64,000 nt of DNA from Lingula anatina (Eukaryota; Animalia; Brachiopoda), in contig CM120642.1 in assembly GCA_051362555.1 (NCBI GenBank), positions 2,170,001 to 2,234,000 of the forward strand, in the 5' to 3' direction. Shown in pieces: positions 37,801 through 52,800 of this stretch. The translations under genes were made by a program, and so were the position numbers. Position 1 is the first letter of the stretch. Every line of letters begins with the position of its first letter. The notes under the pieces were generated by a model, which worked only from the letters and a program-made list of their open reading frames with translations, did no database searches and was not told the DNA's origin.

Positions 37801-40800
37801 CTGAATCAAATTTACAAAATAGGCTCGAAATATGGACACTGTTGTATACATTTAGGTTGGATAACACCTTTACTACTTTCAGACTCGTGGTCAAAATATT
37901 TACGTGTAAATCACTATGAGGAAATCCAACGATGTCAACAATAACTAATTTCAATAATTTAATTCTCACTCATTGCTTGCTCAGGTACATTCTAAAGGTA
38001 TGTGGAGAATCACGCTCTTTGATATAAAACCAAGATAATGGCTTCATGAACTTAAGCTTCTTTATCAGAATAGTCAAAAGCTTAATTTACCTTTTTAGAC
38101 TTTACGTATTGTAAGGAATTACGGACTACGATAAAAAGTTATAACGTGAAGTTACCGAATTCGCCTGTGAAGCATTAAATGTCTCCAACAACCAGATACT
38201 TTCATCTAAAAGTTATATACATGCCAACTAGCATAGTTGCGGATTCCATTTTCTTAAATAATTATTTGTTTCAATTACTTCAAACATATTATGAGTATGT
38301 ATGTATGTGATAGGTTGTCATACCTGTCACAACCTCATTCCCAGATGAAGTCTGACTGCAAGCAGATGAAATATTGGATGGTAAGATCAGACAAATATAA
38401 GTAGCTATAGACAAAAGAATCTTTACAAGTCTATTCCAATAAAAAGATCTTTGCAAATAAACAAATGATTACTTCATAATCCTTTAGTTTCCCCTCCCAC
38501 GGACAGCCATCTTCCTTATTAGTGCAGACCACTTCTAGTCTCAGGACTTCACGTTCAACAGCTCTGTCAGGGTATACCTAGAAAACAGATTGGTATATTG
38601 CCAGTGTGGACGTTGTACCAAACTAAAGAAGTTCCAAAGGTCATGCTTTTTGTTTATGAACTTAATGATAAAAGCTACTCTTATACTTGCACTATGGCCA
38701 GGGCGGTTTGTTTCTCCCATAGTAGTTTGTAAAAATACTCGACCTCTAATATGTGTAATTTAAACAAGGAAAGAGGTTCACTTATCAATCACGGACAGCT
38801 GAAATCTTTTGTATTCACATACCTGGTCTTCAGAAGGAATAATGTCTGGACAATCATGTACAACACATTTTTGAGGCCCATTCCTGAGGGAATAAATAAA
38901 AAAGCAGCAGAGGTGTCAAAAGTACAGACAAAAAGCAGAAAATGATATAGCACAAAAATATTATTTTGTCAATTTTGATGCAACATTTCATAATGATTAA
39001 CAGCGAAATCAACACCAAATTTAGATTATGACCAACAAGTCATATTCCATGAGAGTTCAGTTCACACCATGAAAAGCCATGAAAAATCAACATTTCACAA
39101 AAAATGTCAGTAAAACTTGAAGAAAAAGAAACTGATCGGGCTGCTAAGTAGATAAATTGGCAGTACTGTTATATACGAATGTTACTAATGTAAAAAAAAT
39201 AATTTAAAAGTACAAATTTAAATAAAAAGAATAAATTTTTAAAAGACTGAGCTTATTCAGTTTACATACAGGGTTACTACTTAATATGGAATATTATTTT
39301 TTTGGCGAGTAAATTTTCTACAAAATATTCATTTCCTCTCTAACTACTTTAAATCCAAAACTGAGGTGTCACTCCATGTGTAGCCAGGTGTGTTACCTAA
39401 TTACCATACAACTGTCGAAACAGTTGATGCATGCAGTTGCATGTTCTGTGGTCAGAAATGTGAGGGGTGGTCTTTTCGGCAATTTCTGCCCTTGTATAAA
39501 AACGGATGGGTTGGCCAAACTTTGGAGTGTATTTAGAGAAGCAACAAAGATATCGCTCTGAAACTTGACAGGTACCTTGAAGAAGATATGGTTCGACAGC
39601 TAAGCAACGCAGCTTACTATGGGATTCTTGCTCTCGGAGAAAATGGCCAGATACTGACAGCCTTTGCCAGGCAATGCAACATTTATCAGGAACCGTTAGT
39701 AAAGTCCTCCAAAGAAAAGCTACAAAAGGGGCACCAACTACAATACTTCGACCAGGGTGTCCGCGTATCACACCAAGAAGACAGGATCGCCTTCTCCTCA
39801 GAGTGCGCCGTGCTGGTCGTACAAAGACAACCAGTGTCCTCAGAAAAGAGGGGCAGAAGGTCATTCAAACGCCCATTTCAAGATCCCTGGTGAACAAGAG
39901 ATCACTGCCAGCCGGTTATTTTGCACGAAGGCCAGTAGGGAAACCACTGTTAACAGCAGGTCATACACAGCGACGTCTGCAATAGGCTGGGGACCACGTG
40001 CCTTTGCAGCCAAAACATTGGAATCACGCCGTTTTCAGTAATGAGGCCAGATATGGAGTTTTTAGGGTTGGTGGTCGAATCCGTGTCCGCCGACGTGTAC
40101 GAGAGGCATAAAACGATGATTGTGTACTTTCTAGGGTGCAAGCAGGGGGTGTTAACGTCTCTGTTTGAAGAGCATTTTATGCCGGTGCCCAGAACCAGTT
40201 GGTTTTTCTAGGAGGCAACATCAACCAGGGTTCCTACAGAGACATTCTACAGCAAATAATACTTTGATTTGTAAGAGTCATCTTCAGGAACAACTTTGTG
40301 TACCAAGACGACTGCGCAACCCCACATCGAGCTCGCAGAATCACTGTTTTTCTTCGAAACCAATGGGTTCAGCAACTGCCCTGGCCTGCAAACTCCTCAG
40401 ATATGAACCCAATTGAAAGTCTGTGGGCGGAAGTAACTCACAGAATTAATAGCTATGGTCATCGGCCGGTAAATAGTGATGAACTGCGACAGGCAAATAT
40501 CACTGCGTGGAATGATATCCCCATCCAAACTCTAAATATTTTTTCACAAGGTATGCCATGTAGGATGAGGGCGCTGCAAGCGGCTGCTGGAGGTCATACC
40601 TGCTATTGATGACTTTTCATGATTTACTGTAATGAATTCTTTGACTGTGTAACATATCACTGTCGGGAGGCTATCATTTTCTTTAATATCTTAGCTTGAA
40701 ATTAATACTGACATCAAACTGTTGATATGGTTTTCTGGGGGTGCTCTTTTCTTTTGAATGACATCTTATGTCAGATTTGATATTATTGACCAAAATATCT

Positions 40801-43335
40801 AACAATAGAAGACTGGATATTTTTATCACTCAATGGCATACGTTTTTGATGAATCAAGCCATTTTTTTTAAAATCAGCCCTCAAAAATAACAATGATAAA
40901 AAATATTCCATATTAAGTGGTAACCCTGTATCTAAAATGAAAAGACTTATTTTCATTAGTATTATAAAATTATGTATTAACCTCATAGCAGTGGGAACCG
41001 CACATATGCATATTAAAATAAGCCCTTGTGCTGGCAACTGCAAATACGCGGTTGCTGTGTTTACATACACGTACTGTCCCCTATCGTTTGTGACAATTCA
41101 TGCTTCAACCGGCTTTTGAAAGAGGTGTGATAAGAATTAGATAATAAAAAATGATTTATTTGGGCATTTGTCAAAGTGCTTAGAAGTCAAGATGGAGACA
41201 AGAAGTCAATATAGTAGTCTTGGGGTAAGAAATGTTCTAGAATTGTTAGAAATTTCACACTTGGGGGAAGAGTCCTAAATAGATTTTGATACGTTATGTA
41301 GCAGTGAACTTGACGACAGCAAAGTAGATGTAGTTATGACTAGTATGAGTCGTAAGAGAGCAGATTCTGACGTGGAGCTTGATTTAGAAAACAATGATGA
41401 TACTAACAATTAACAGTTACCAAGCAGACGACGAAAGTGATTAAAGCGGGAATAATGCTGATAGAAATGACTGCATTCTCCGCCAGGCTATGTATTAATT
41501 ATACTTGTGTGCTGCATCAACATGTCTTTTCTAGCTTGCGTTTAAGTACAAATGCCACATGTTTACCGGTACCTGTATATTTATACGGTGCATTTTTTTA
41601 ATGAAAGTAATACTTGCTCAAGACAATGCTTGTATTATTGTATTTGATTTGTGCAAAAAAGTCTTTTATGTAATTCCTGGTTCAGTTAAGTTAAATTTTA
41701 AGGAATATTTATAAAATTGATTTAAACTGTTTTCAGGCTTTTTACGATGCAAAATTTAATTAAAAGAGATTGAAGTTTAACTAATCACAGAAAAAAGAAC
41801 AATGTTAAAGCCTCAGTGGGTTTTATATTTCTTAAACAACTATAAAACTAAAAAAGTGCATGCGTAGGCACTAAGCTTTTAAAAATGTTTTTCTAAAGAC
41901 CAAATAAATATGAAATAAAAATAATTCTTCTTAAAAACCCTCATTCCAACCTGTGTTTCATGCAGCAAGAGATTTATTTTTTGTTTAATTTTTTGTTTAA
42001 TCTAGACTTCAAACTAGAATGAAGATAATTCTGGGCAGCTCCTAAAATACATGTACAACGCAAGAGTTCTACTTGCCTTAGATATTTGTTGAGTGTAGAC
42101 ATTTGTTGTTTTATTTCTTTTTTTCATTTTTATTTACTTGCATCTAATTATGTCTTCAATTATTATTTCAATTTTGCTAAAAAAGATTCCCATTTGTCTA
42201 AAATAAATTGATTTGACTAAAAGTGTTTTCCAAAAATTTTGTTTAAAACCCCACTACCTCTGGCAAATGACTTGCTAATGTATCACTTAAATCATCATCA
42301 TTATTATTATTGTGCCACTCAAAAACAAACAATATATATACAAATATCTATTAATATCTATCTATATACATGTACCTATACTTCTTGTATACAAACACTC
42401 GCACACATGTACACTCACGTGCAATTGCATATATACATTCACACAGACTTACACACACCTACACTTATCCTTGTAGCTTACACACCTGTGCTATTATGAC
42501 TAGCTATCTGAGTTGACTACAAAATGATGCCTATAATCATGCCAATTATCAAGTCAACATACCTCAAAACCCTACAGAGCCTCATACCCATTACTACACT
42601 TATCAAGCGTGTCTATATACAGATATCGGAACATCTTCCATCCTTAAGTGTATGATATATAACGAGGGTACTCATTGAAAAGATACTTAATTACGAGATG
42701 TTTATATATACTTCAAAGTGTCACATACCTCTGCGCACTACCATTTCTTACCATAAACATTGCCTACATAGTTTGGTAGATACGCACAATGGACAATAGA
42801 AGTGTCACCCCTTCAATCAGAGTAATCAAAGTAGGCAGATCTTGAGTAGTTATAATGTCTGGTCTACTTATAATGTGACTAATGAGTATAAAACCGCTGT
42901 ACCATGGAATTGTATTTTTTGTGAAATTTGATGTTAATAAAATGATACCAGGAGCATATCATTCCACAGTCATTTATCTCCCCCAAAGTATTGGTTCAGT
43001 AGGGGTGGCACTTCTATTGTCCATTGTGTGTACACTGGAAATACATACGCATCACAAGATTTTGTTGCCTTGGTTATGAAACGGTTAGAAAATATAAAGT
43101 GAAGATGATATTGCTTATTATTGTAAGTAATCAGGTAATAGTGTTTTCTATCAAGAGTGTGATACTATACTTCTACCAGTTTTAACCTAATCAACGTTAT
43201 AATACGTTCACTGGAAACCTTTTTTGAAGGAATATATAGTACTTTAACCATGTATATACATGTATGTGTACGTGTGTATTTATGTGTGTGTATGTAGTAT
43301 ATGTGTGTATGCAGGGATACATGTAGATATATATA

Positions 43336-43371
<36 letters not shown>

Positions 43372-44622
43372 CAGTGTGTTCTCCTGGGTTTCAAGGTCTG
43401 TGAGGTGGTGGGGCAACTTTGTGTCACAACAAAAACAAGGGGAGTTCGGGGACATGGTCCCTCTGAAAAGTTATTAAATCATGGTGCAATCTGGTGCATT
43501 TTAGGCTACTTGGAACAGATTTTTCAACATTTTATGTGGCACATAATTGTCTTGTTTCAGATATCTTGAAGATTTTAAAAATGAAGTAATAACCTGATAA
43601 AAAATTCTGTATTTAAGAAAAGCATACTTAAAACATAAAAAAAACTTGGCTTACTGGCAGTGATTTTACAGAACATGCTAAAATGATGGGAGTCGAAAGT
43701 TTTAAAGTCAGGTGAACTTTTTGGCATTTTAACCTGGCATTTTAACAAAGCAATATCAATTATAGCTCAGACGACCTTTTGAGTGAAATAAAAGGTAAAA
43801 CCAATAATTAACAATGTATGCTTGACTTGCTGCAAAACACACTCCAGGGAAGGCAGTGTTAAAAAACTAGGTCAACTCTGCTCTGTTATACTTGGAAAAA
43901 AAATGGTGCCACTAGATGTCTGGAAACTGAAAAGTGCTTACGCGGTCTCTGTCCCTTAAACAACTATTACATTGCACATTTTAATTGGGTGCACAAAGTA
44001 AACATTTTTAACCAGCTTCATCAATTATAATGTCCATACGCCATGGAAGCTTACTCTCCCTTCTGTTTTCTCCCTAAAATTGCTGCTGACAAAATAAACT
44101 TAAGTAGGTCAAGTCGGGGAAATCTTGCAGCAGAATACAGTTTTTCAACAGTATAAAAAATTTACCTTCAATTTGTAATTACAAAATTCAAGTTTGAAAC
44201 ATCCAGCTCATTTAGCAGTTTGGTGAAAGGTAATTTTATTTATATTTGGTAGAGCAGCTGTTCAGTTGTCTTCTGCGCTGGCCAAATCCGGTGTAACATG
44301 AAAATTTGACTCCCCCCAGTTAAAATTTCATAATGACAATCTGACTCCCCCTATGAAATTTTGACTCCCCCCACAAAACTTTATAAATCGTAGTTTATTT
44401 GAGAATATGACTTTAATCTTGTAGTATGGGTAATGGAGGATACATTGGCACTTTCTGTTAGTTTGCAGGTGAAAATTTTGATGAGAAAATTAAAAATGTG
44501 TATTTTTCCACCCAATGACTCCCCTATGAAAAAGCTATGGGAGTTCAAATCATATGGGTAATAAGATGAATACTTTTTTATATTGTCAATTTTCACCACC
44601 TAACTTTCAACTCACAAAAAAA

Positions 44623-44654
<32 letters not shown>

Positions 44655-45215
44655 AATCATAATGCAACTTACGTCGAAAATAATGATATGGTGGTTAAGT
44701 ATAAAATAGGGCGTTTTCTTCATGGGAATCCAAATCCCCTGGGTATGAATATGAATATTTTTCATGATTTTTTCCATTTGTGCAGATAGTATATTTCCAC
44801 CGACCTTTAAAATATTTAAAATATATTCTTCATAAAGTATAATAAAAGGAAAGATGTTGAAATGATCACCAAATATCGAATGGATAACTTTTTCATATGG
44901 GCGCATTGGGTGGGTCCTATTTTCTCATGGACATTTTCACCTGCAAACTTACAAAAAGTGCCCATGTTTCCTCACGCAATATAAAAATTAGATTTTGCAG
45001 GGGGAGTCAAGGTTTCGTGGGGAGTCACCTGTAGGGGAGGCGGATTTCCAAGGTACACCGGCGTGAGCTGGATGAACTAAATAAGCTGGGCAGTCGTCTT
45101 CCTTGCTGCAAACTACCCCCTAGCGACAGTGTGACTGCTTTTGTGTGGTTAAAACTTGATTATTATATGCTTCTAAATATTTCCCGAGCGTAAAAAAAGG
45201 CGTGGAATAAACGTA

Positions 45216-45253
<38 letters not shown>

Positions 45254-46776
45254 TTCTCAACTTCAATCACGTAGCTAAATGTATCCAAGAACAACTTGCC
45301 TCGTTTCAGTTTGTCTAATATACTTCAAATAAAACAGACAGAACTTCTACTTCCTACTTCTACTTCCTACAGAGATGGTGGCTGCTAGTTTATTTTAGAA
45401 AGCTGTGCATGCATTCAAGTGGTCACATGCCGTGGAATGACATCGTATGTAACAACGTATGCGGTACATGAATGACTATTTTATGCAGAAAAACTTAAAA
45501 TTTTCTGTTAACTTGAATAAAAGAAAACCTTTAGTAGTAATTTAAATCTGCCAAGCGGCGTTTTTGACAAATTTAAGCGAGGAGCTTGAGAATTTTAGCA
45601 AGGCGACTCACTGGTGTGAATGCAGGGGATATGTGTGTGTACGCGGGGATAGATAGGTGTATGTGCGTGTGTTTAAAATTGGGTATTTAATCGGATATAT
45701 AACATGTATTGGCTATAATCACATATAAAAATATTAATAAATGTGGCGAACACAATTGTAAAACGTACAAAACCAAACAAACCAAACCAAACAGGTACAG
45801 TTTTTGATATATATATTTGTGCTGGTGTCAACAGTTAAGTCCACTGCTTTTGTGCGATTACTTACATATTTATGCCCTTATATTAAGAGTGATGGATGTT
45901 ATATTTTCTCTGGGTATTTCAAATTGAAAACATAATATGTATTGACCATAATTTAAACACACATGTATATAAAACATGATTCTGTGATGTGTTAGTTTAG
46001 CTTTATCTCTGGAGTGTGTGGGGTCATCATAATTATATGAAAGTGGTAGGTGCTTCCAAAGTTAATCAAGTCCGATTTTAATAGTCTGTGGTGTCAGGGA
46101 CCCCTAAATGTCTTAATGTAGTTTTAGAACTTCCGTAAGAGTGTAGGCAGAATCTTGTTCACGAAGTTTATTGTCATTGTTTAATCGAAGCCAGTTTGAT
46201 CAGTCACTGCCTAGAAGGATGTGGAGGTGGTCAAGTGACCTCTAATTTAATTAAGTTTTGTTCAGACGGTCGCGGAGCGACCGGTAATTTGATTTAATCA
46301 TATTACTTGTATACCTGCATATAAGCTAGGTGGGTAACGTTATTCGGGAGAATTGATGTGAGACCTCAATGAGACACGACGATTGTAATACATGTTATAC
46401 ATCAGAATTAAATATTATTGATAGTTAGAAACTTTGCAAGGGACTTGAGTTCGTTCCCAGCGGGCAAATAATGTTGTGTTTAAAGTTGAAACAACGTTGA
46501 ACCATAACGTTGAGTAGACATTGAATAAACGTTGGATTTGAAAGTTGTGTCAACCTCAGATAACAACGTTGTATCAACGTCAGAAAACAATGTTATATCA
46601 ACCCCACCCAGCGGGACATTAGCCTGGATGTGTTTAGCAGTAGGACATGTTTGATGGCTAAATATAGGTAGGGTATAAATGTATTGCCTTTAAGTTAGAA
46701 TTTCCAAGATTTAGATTAACATGTATAGTTCTTTTCTTTTATTTATATATATATATATAAGAAGATAACTACAACA

Positions 46777-46809
<33 letters not shown>

Positions 46810-49800
46810 CATAACAAAGTCACAGTCACCTCAACCTGTCTATCTATAGTCTATGGGCCAATGTAGACCCCCCTCCCCCCCCCCTTAGTGATTTTCGTTC
46901 ACTATGTTTTTCTGAGAGCTTAGGTCCTAAGCTTTGATTTTCCGCTTGTTTGCCATTAAACTGGTGGTGGGTGTGTGTGCTACAGCCGTCGCCATGGTAA
47001 CGTCTGAGATTAAAAATTGAAATTTCTGAGACCAAAAAAATATTAAATTATTCAAATGTGTTAAGTGAATGGAATTAAAAATCCTTTCAGATGTATAGTT
47101 CAAGAGCTGCACTATACTTTATGATCCTCAAAATATTCCAAGATGGCTGTAAATTCAAGATGGCGGCCAATTTTTGCTAATTTTTGAGTAATTTCAATTA
47201 TTTTTCATATTTGAGTCTTAATTCAATTATTAAGGAATAAGAATGTGGGATGTGTTTTGATGCGCCGGAATAGCATACAGTCTCTACTTGCTACCTACAG
47301 TATTTATTTTAGATGAAACCTTTTAATTTTGTTGTTAAATCCTGAAATCCAAAATGGTGGCCAAAATATAAGTCTGCTGTCGCAACTGGAAAGATGCCAG
47401 ATTTACCATCAAAGTGTCATTCTTTATTACTTTTAATAAACTGAATTCGAACTTAGGACTTTTTAAAACAATTTGCATTAATTCTGATTACATTAAGAGT
47501 TTCAAAATTCAAAATGGCCGCCAATATGCTTATACACACTGGCTAAAATTGATATAATATATTCTTCCAACAGAATATTAATTTCAATTATCTCCCACCA
47601 ACTTAGTCCCATTAGTGATTTTTGTTTACTATTATTTTCTGGTAGGTTAGGCCCTTAGCTTTTATTTTTTGATTGTTTGCCATTAACCTGGTGGTGGGTG
47701 TGAGTAAGAGAGCTGTTGCCATGGTAATGTCTGGGGTTGAAAATTGATATTTTTGAGACTAAAAATAAAAATTAAATATTTCAAATGCATTTAAAATCAT
47801 GGAATTCACAATTATACCAGATGTGTAAATTAAGAAATGTGCTATACTTCACAATCATCAAAATGTCCCAAGATGGCAGCAAATTCAAGATGGCTGCCAA
47901 TTATTGCTCATTTTTTAATAATTTTATTGTATTTTAGTTTTTATTTAATTATTAAGAAATTGCAATGTGGCATGTGTTTTGATGTTCCATAATGGTAAAA
48001 AGCCTCTGCTGTCTGCCTAAAGTGCTTGTTGAAGATGTAACCTTTTAATTTTGACGTAAAATCCTGAAATCCAAGGTGGCTGCCACAAAACATGTCTTTT
48101 ACATACGGCTGTCCTAACTGGAAAGATGCCACATTAATCATCCCAAATTACATTCTTTATTACTTTTAGGTGTACTGAATATGGACCTAGGACCCTTTTC
48201 TATAAATTTTGTTAATTCAGATTGCATTATGACTTTCGAAATTCAAAATGGCTGCCAATTTGCTTACACATGAAATGATATGATACATTATTCCAATACA
48301 AAATAAAATTTCATAAACTCAAGCTAGCTCAGCCCTATTAGCAATTTTTATTTTCTATGATTTTCTGATAGCTTGGGCCCTAAGTTCAAATATTCTGCTT
48401 GTTTGCCATGTAATAGGTGAAAAGTGTGACAGATTCAGCTGTTGCCATAGTAACACAGGGGTTTTTAAATTATAATTTCTGATACCTTTAAATTGCCATG
48501 CATTTCAAATATATGAACTCGCTGTATTGTAAACATTTTTTAAAAAATTAGACTTGGACCTCAGTTATCAACAGAATTATTTGAAAAAATTATCATAGTT
48601 AAATAGCCAAAATGGCAGCCAATGCAAGATGACGATACATTTATGTTAATTTTCTTCTTATTACTGAAAGTAGCTTTTTGTAAACTTTGAAAGCAGCATT
48701 GGAATTGAAAAATGTTAGGTTTTTGGATATGCTGATATGAACAGAATTGCATAATTACTGTTTACAGTGATTGTTACTCCTATATCCTCTTTTTTAAGTG
48801 TATTAAAACCTGAAACCCATGGTGGCCATCACAAAACAGGTTTTATACATATTGCTGAGCTGACCGAATATATATTACATTTTCGTTTCAAAATGCCTCT
48901 TTTGCTCTTTCTGATAAACTGAATTAACCTATTAGGATATTATCTAAATATAAATCATTTCTTTTCATTTTCAGCCAAATTATATTTACTTGACTATTCC
49001 AAAATTCACCATGGCCACAAATGGCCATGACAGTGCAGATATGAATTTTGCTGCAATAATATTAAACAGTGCAACAAACAAATAATTCTAAAATTTGTGT
49101 AGTTATTTACAATCAAATATGCCCTTTCTAGACTGCTTTCACGGAAACACTTGTCCATATTTAGTTAAATATTTAGGATTAAGGCTTTTTGGAAATGGAT
49201 GAAATGTCTTGACTGTAGTCTTTTTTAATGACGAATTTTCACTGGAAAGCCAACTAAGATTTGCTGTTACCTCTGAAACGGGGTTTTTGTTACAATCTAA
49301 GATGGTGTTCATCTATATGAATAAATGGAATAAAACATTTACATGTATATGCCATAATTCAGCTTCAAACTGCTAGAGAGGTAAAATTATATCCACGTTT
49401 TGGAAAAATCAATATATCCACTAACTTCAACTGAATATATAATTTAATTTTTTATAGCATTTAACTTAAAATATAATTGTATAGAAATGCAAAATCGCCA
49501 TTTATATTTGCAAACTAGTTGCCTTTCACTCAAAATCAGACTATTTTGTGTCATTCAACTTGCCCAATAGATAGATGGTAAGAGATGATCAAATAATTTC
49601 AGCCATCTACCGCATGATAATTTGAATTCTTGTACACCATATTGAGTTATTACAAATGTTCACGATCTTGGCTTCATATTATTCAAATTCAATACATCAA
49701 AAGGTAACAACAAATACAAAAGAATAAAAGAATAAATACAGATAGAAAGAAGGCAATTTCGGAGAACAATATACAATATTAGAAGTTTAATAGGACAAAG

Positions 49801-52800
49801 TAAATCACCCAGGATTTGTTGGGGTCATTTTGGATTTTAATTTTTTTTTTTTTTTGTTCTTAAAATGATAATTATACAGTGTAGGAATAACAAACACTAT
49901 AGGCTGTAAGTAAAGACTAAATACCATATGGATATCAAAATACTTAACATTTCTCGATCCCATTAAATTATTAAATTATTAAATTTTCAACGTTAGTTAC
50001 TTACAGTAGAAACAGGTTTAGAAATCAGCTTAAACTGGCCGCAATTTTGATATTGCTGCCATCTTGAAAAAAATCACATCATCTTGGATGTTCAAAGAAT
50101 GTTTTGCCATCATACCACGAATACAGATGTCTTCTGAAGTTAACATTATTGTTGAAGTTCATATATTTGAAATGTATGAAATTTTCTTAGTCTCAGAAAT
50201 GTCAATTTGGAACCCCTGTGTTAGTATGGCAATGGCTGGGTTAATTGAATAGAAAACAAGCAGAACATGGGATCTCAGGATGTAAGCGATATATATAATA
50301 GTAAATAAAAGTCGCTAAAGGGGGGTTCAGGTTAATAAAATCAATCTACGTAACATTCTTTTGGAATATAATTTTCTATCAATTTTTTTTGCAAGAGTGT
50401 ATGATATTGACCATAAATATATAGTCCCTTATACTCATTGACAGCCATTTCTTTCAAATGCGACAGAATACATTAGTATTTCAACTCAAAAGTATTCTTT
50501 CCCATGTCAATGTGAGTGATTAGCATGTACATGAAACTTTGTGTGATTTCTTAGGTCAAATGTGAGTGACTTGCATTTATTGGGGGATATTATAGGTCTT
50601 TTATCTAGTCTAGGTTACTGTTGACCATTTGATCTTTCTTTTCTTAATCATTTTACATGACCACACATCTAGTAGTGATCAGCACTATTAAAACATAAGT
50701 ATTCATCCAAACTTAAGATAAAATTAGGAATATTGCTGTCATATTTTAGTCTACTGGTTACAAAGATGTAAATTCACAGTCATTGGCAGCCATTTTGAAT
50801 TTTGAAAGCCATACTGTAATCCAAATTAAGTCAAGTAATTGAAAAGGGTTCTGTTTTTATATTCAGTGCACCAAAAGTAATGAAGAACTTAATTTGGGAT
50901 GATAAATTTGTCATATTTCCAGACAGGACAGCTACATGTAAAAGACTTGTTTTGTGGCAGCCATGTTGGATTTCAGGATTTTTCATCTCAATAAAAAGAT
51001 TGCACCTTGAACAAACACTACAGGCAGAAAGTAGAGATTCCATGCTACACTGGTGCATCAAAATATCTCAGATATTGCAATTCTTTAATAATTAAATAAG
51101 AATTAAAAAATTAAAAATTATCAAAATTTCTTAAAAAACAGCAAAAATTGGCCGCCATCTTGGATTTGCCACCATCTTGGAAAATTTTGTTCATCGTTAG
51201 GTATAGTGCACATCTTAGACTACATGTCTAGAACGATTTTGAATTCTATTTAGTTTATGTATTTGAAATATTTTAGATTTTGTTGGGCTCAGAAATGTCA
51301 ATTTTTAACCTGTGTGTTACCATGGCAACGGCTGTAGCACACACACCCACCACCAGTTTAATGGCAAACAAGCAGAAAATAAAAGCTAAGGACCTAAGCT
51401 ATCAGAAAAACATAGTGAACGAAAATCACTAAGGGGGGGAGGGTTTCGGTATTTGGCCCACGGACTACTATAACAGGTTACCAAGAACTGTTAACTCCGT
51501 CACAATTACAGCAACTTATTCATCCTAGTGTTAGCTGACCTTGCAAGCAATTCAGTTTATTGGAATGTATTTCTGAATAACAAGTTAAGAAAATTCATTA
51601 GTTAACTAAAGATACAAAACAACTGTCAATTTTACTTTAAAATCATGTTGTTATTATTTTGATAAATTTAGTTACAGTATTGATAAACAAAGTATCACGT
51701 TTTCAATAATTAATATTTTAAATTACAATCCATAACTGCAAGGTTGTGTCATTGACCAAAATACAACGTTGAGTCAACGTCACATTATGACGGTGTTTCG
51801 ACGTGGCTGGATTTAGGTATTAGATTTAGGTAGATCAACGGCAATTCAACGTATCAACCTGTTTTCAACGTTGATCCAACGCAACTATGCCTGCTGGGTT
51901 CTGTTACGCGTTTACTTGCGTATATTCAGACCTCGAATCTTGGACGAATTGAACTGCGATCGTAATCCATCGGCCGCGGCTAATATTGCGTTAAGTTCAC
52001 ATCAGAACGGGCCGATACTCGACAGTGGGCCAAATACCGAAACCCTCCCCCCTTAGTGATTTTCATTCACTATGTTTTTCTGATAGCAGGTGCGACGGTA
52101 ATTCCGCATCTGGGTCTTTAAGGCTGACTTTGTATCCGTTCATTTTGCATGGAATTGAGAAACATATCTAGTCAGTTATAAAGTTACTGCTATAAATGAC
52201 TATGGGAAAACACCGACGGAGTTAGGAGTTCGGAGGGGATCTAGCCGCATTCCAAAAATATGTAAAAAGATGAAAGCAAAAACAAAGGTAGCACGATAAA
52301 TAACACACACTGAGCCACAAATACGTGGATACTAAGGTATAAAGTGAAATAATGCAAATTTCAAAGATATCACGACATTAATTTTGTTTTACGTTATGGT
52401 TTGTGGTATTCGTATTATCAGCCAATCAGAAAACAGCCGTCATGTGCAGTAAAACCTAACCACGACTAAGTAAAGCCTATGCTGTCGTCTCTTCTTCTGC
52501 TACCTTGGTTCTGTGTTAGTTTAGCTTTATCTCTGGAGTGTGGAGAAATTGGTAGGTGCTTCCAAAGTCAATCAAGTCCGTTTTTAATAGTCCGTGGGCC
52601 AAATACCGAAACCCTCCCCCCTTAGTGATTTTCATTCACTATGTTTTTCTGATAGCTTATGGGTCCTTAGCTTATATTTTCTGCTTGTTTGCCATTAAAC
52701 TGGTGGTGGGTGTGTGTGCTACAGCCGTTGTCATGTTCGTTGAGGCACCCGCTGCACAGACAATGTCCTCAGACAGTCGTTGTTTCCAGTGCATTGCGAA

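Noticed and set aside
42780-43035. Inverted pair CACTTCTATTGTCCATTGTG (HFYCPLCV) as the TRAF RING exon
   Set aside because: The frames contain stops, and a complete phase-compatible RING exon exists at 53046-53194.
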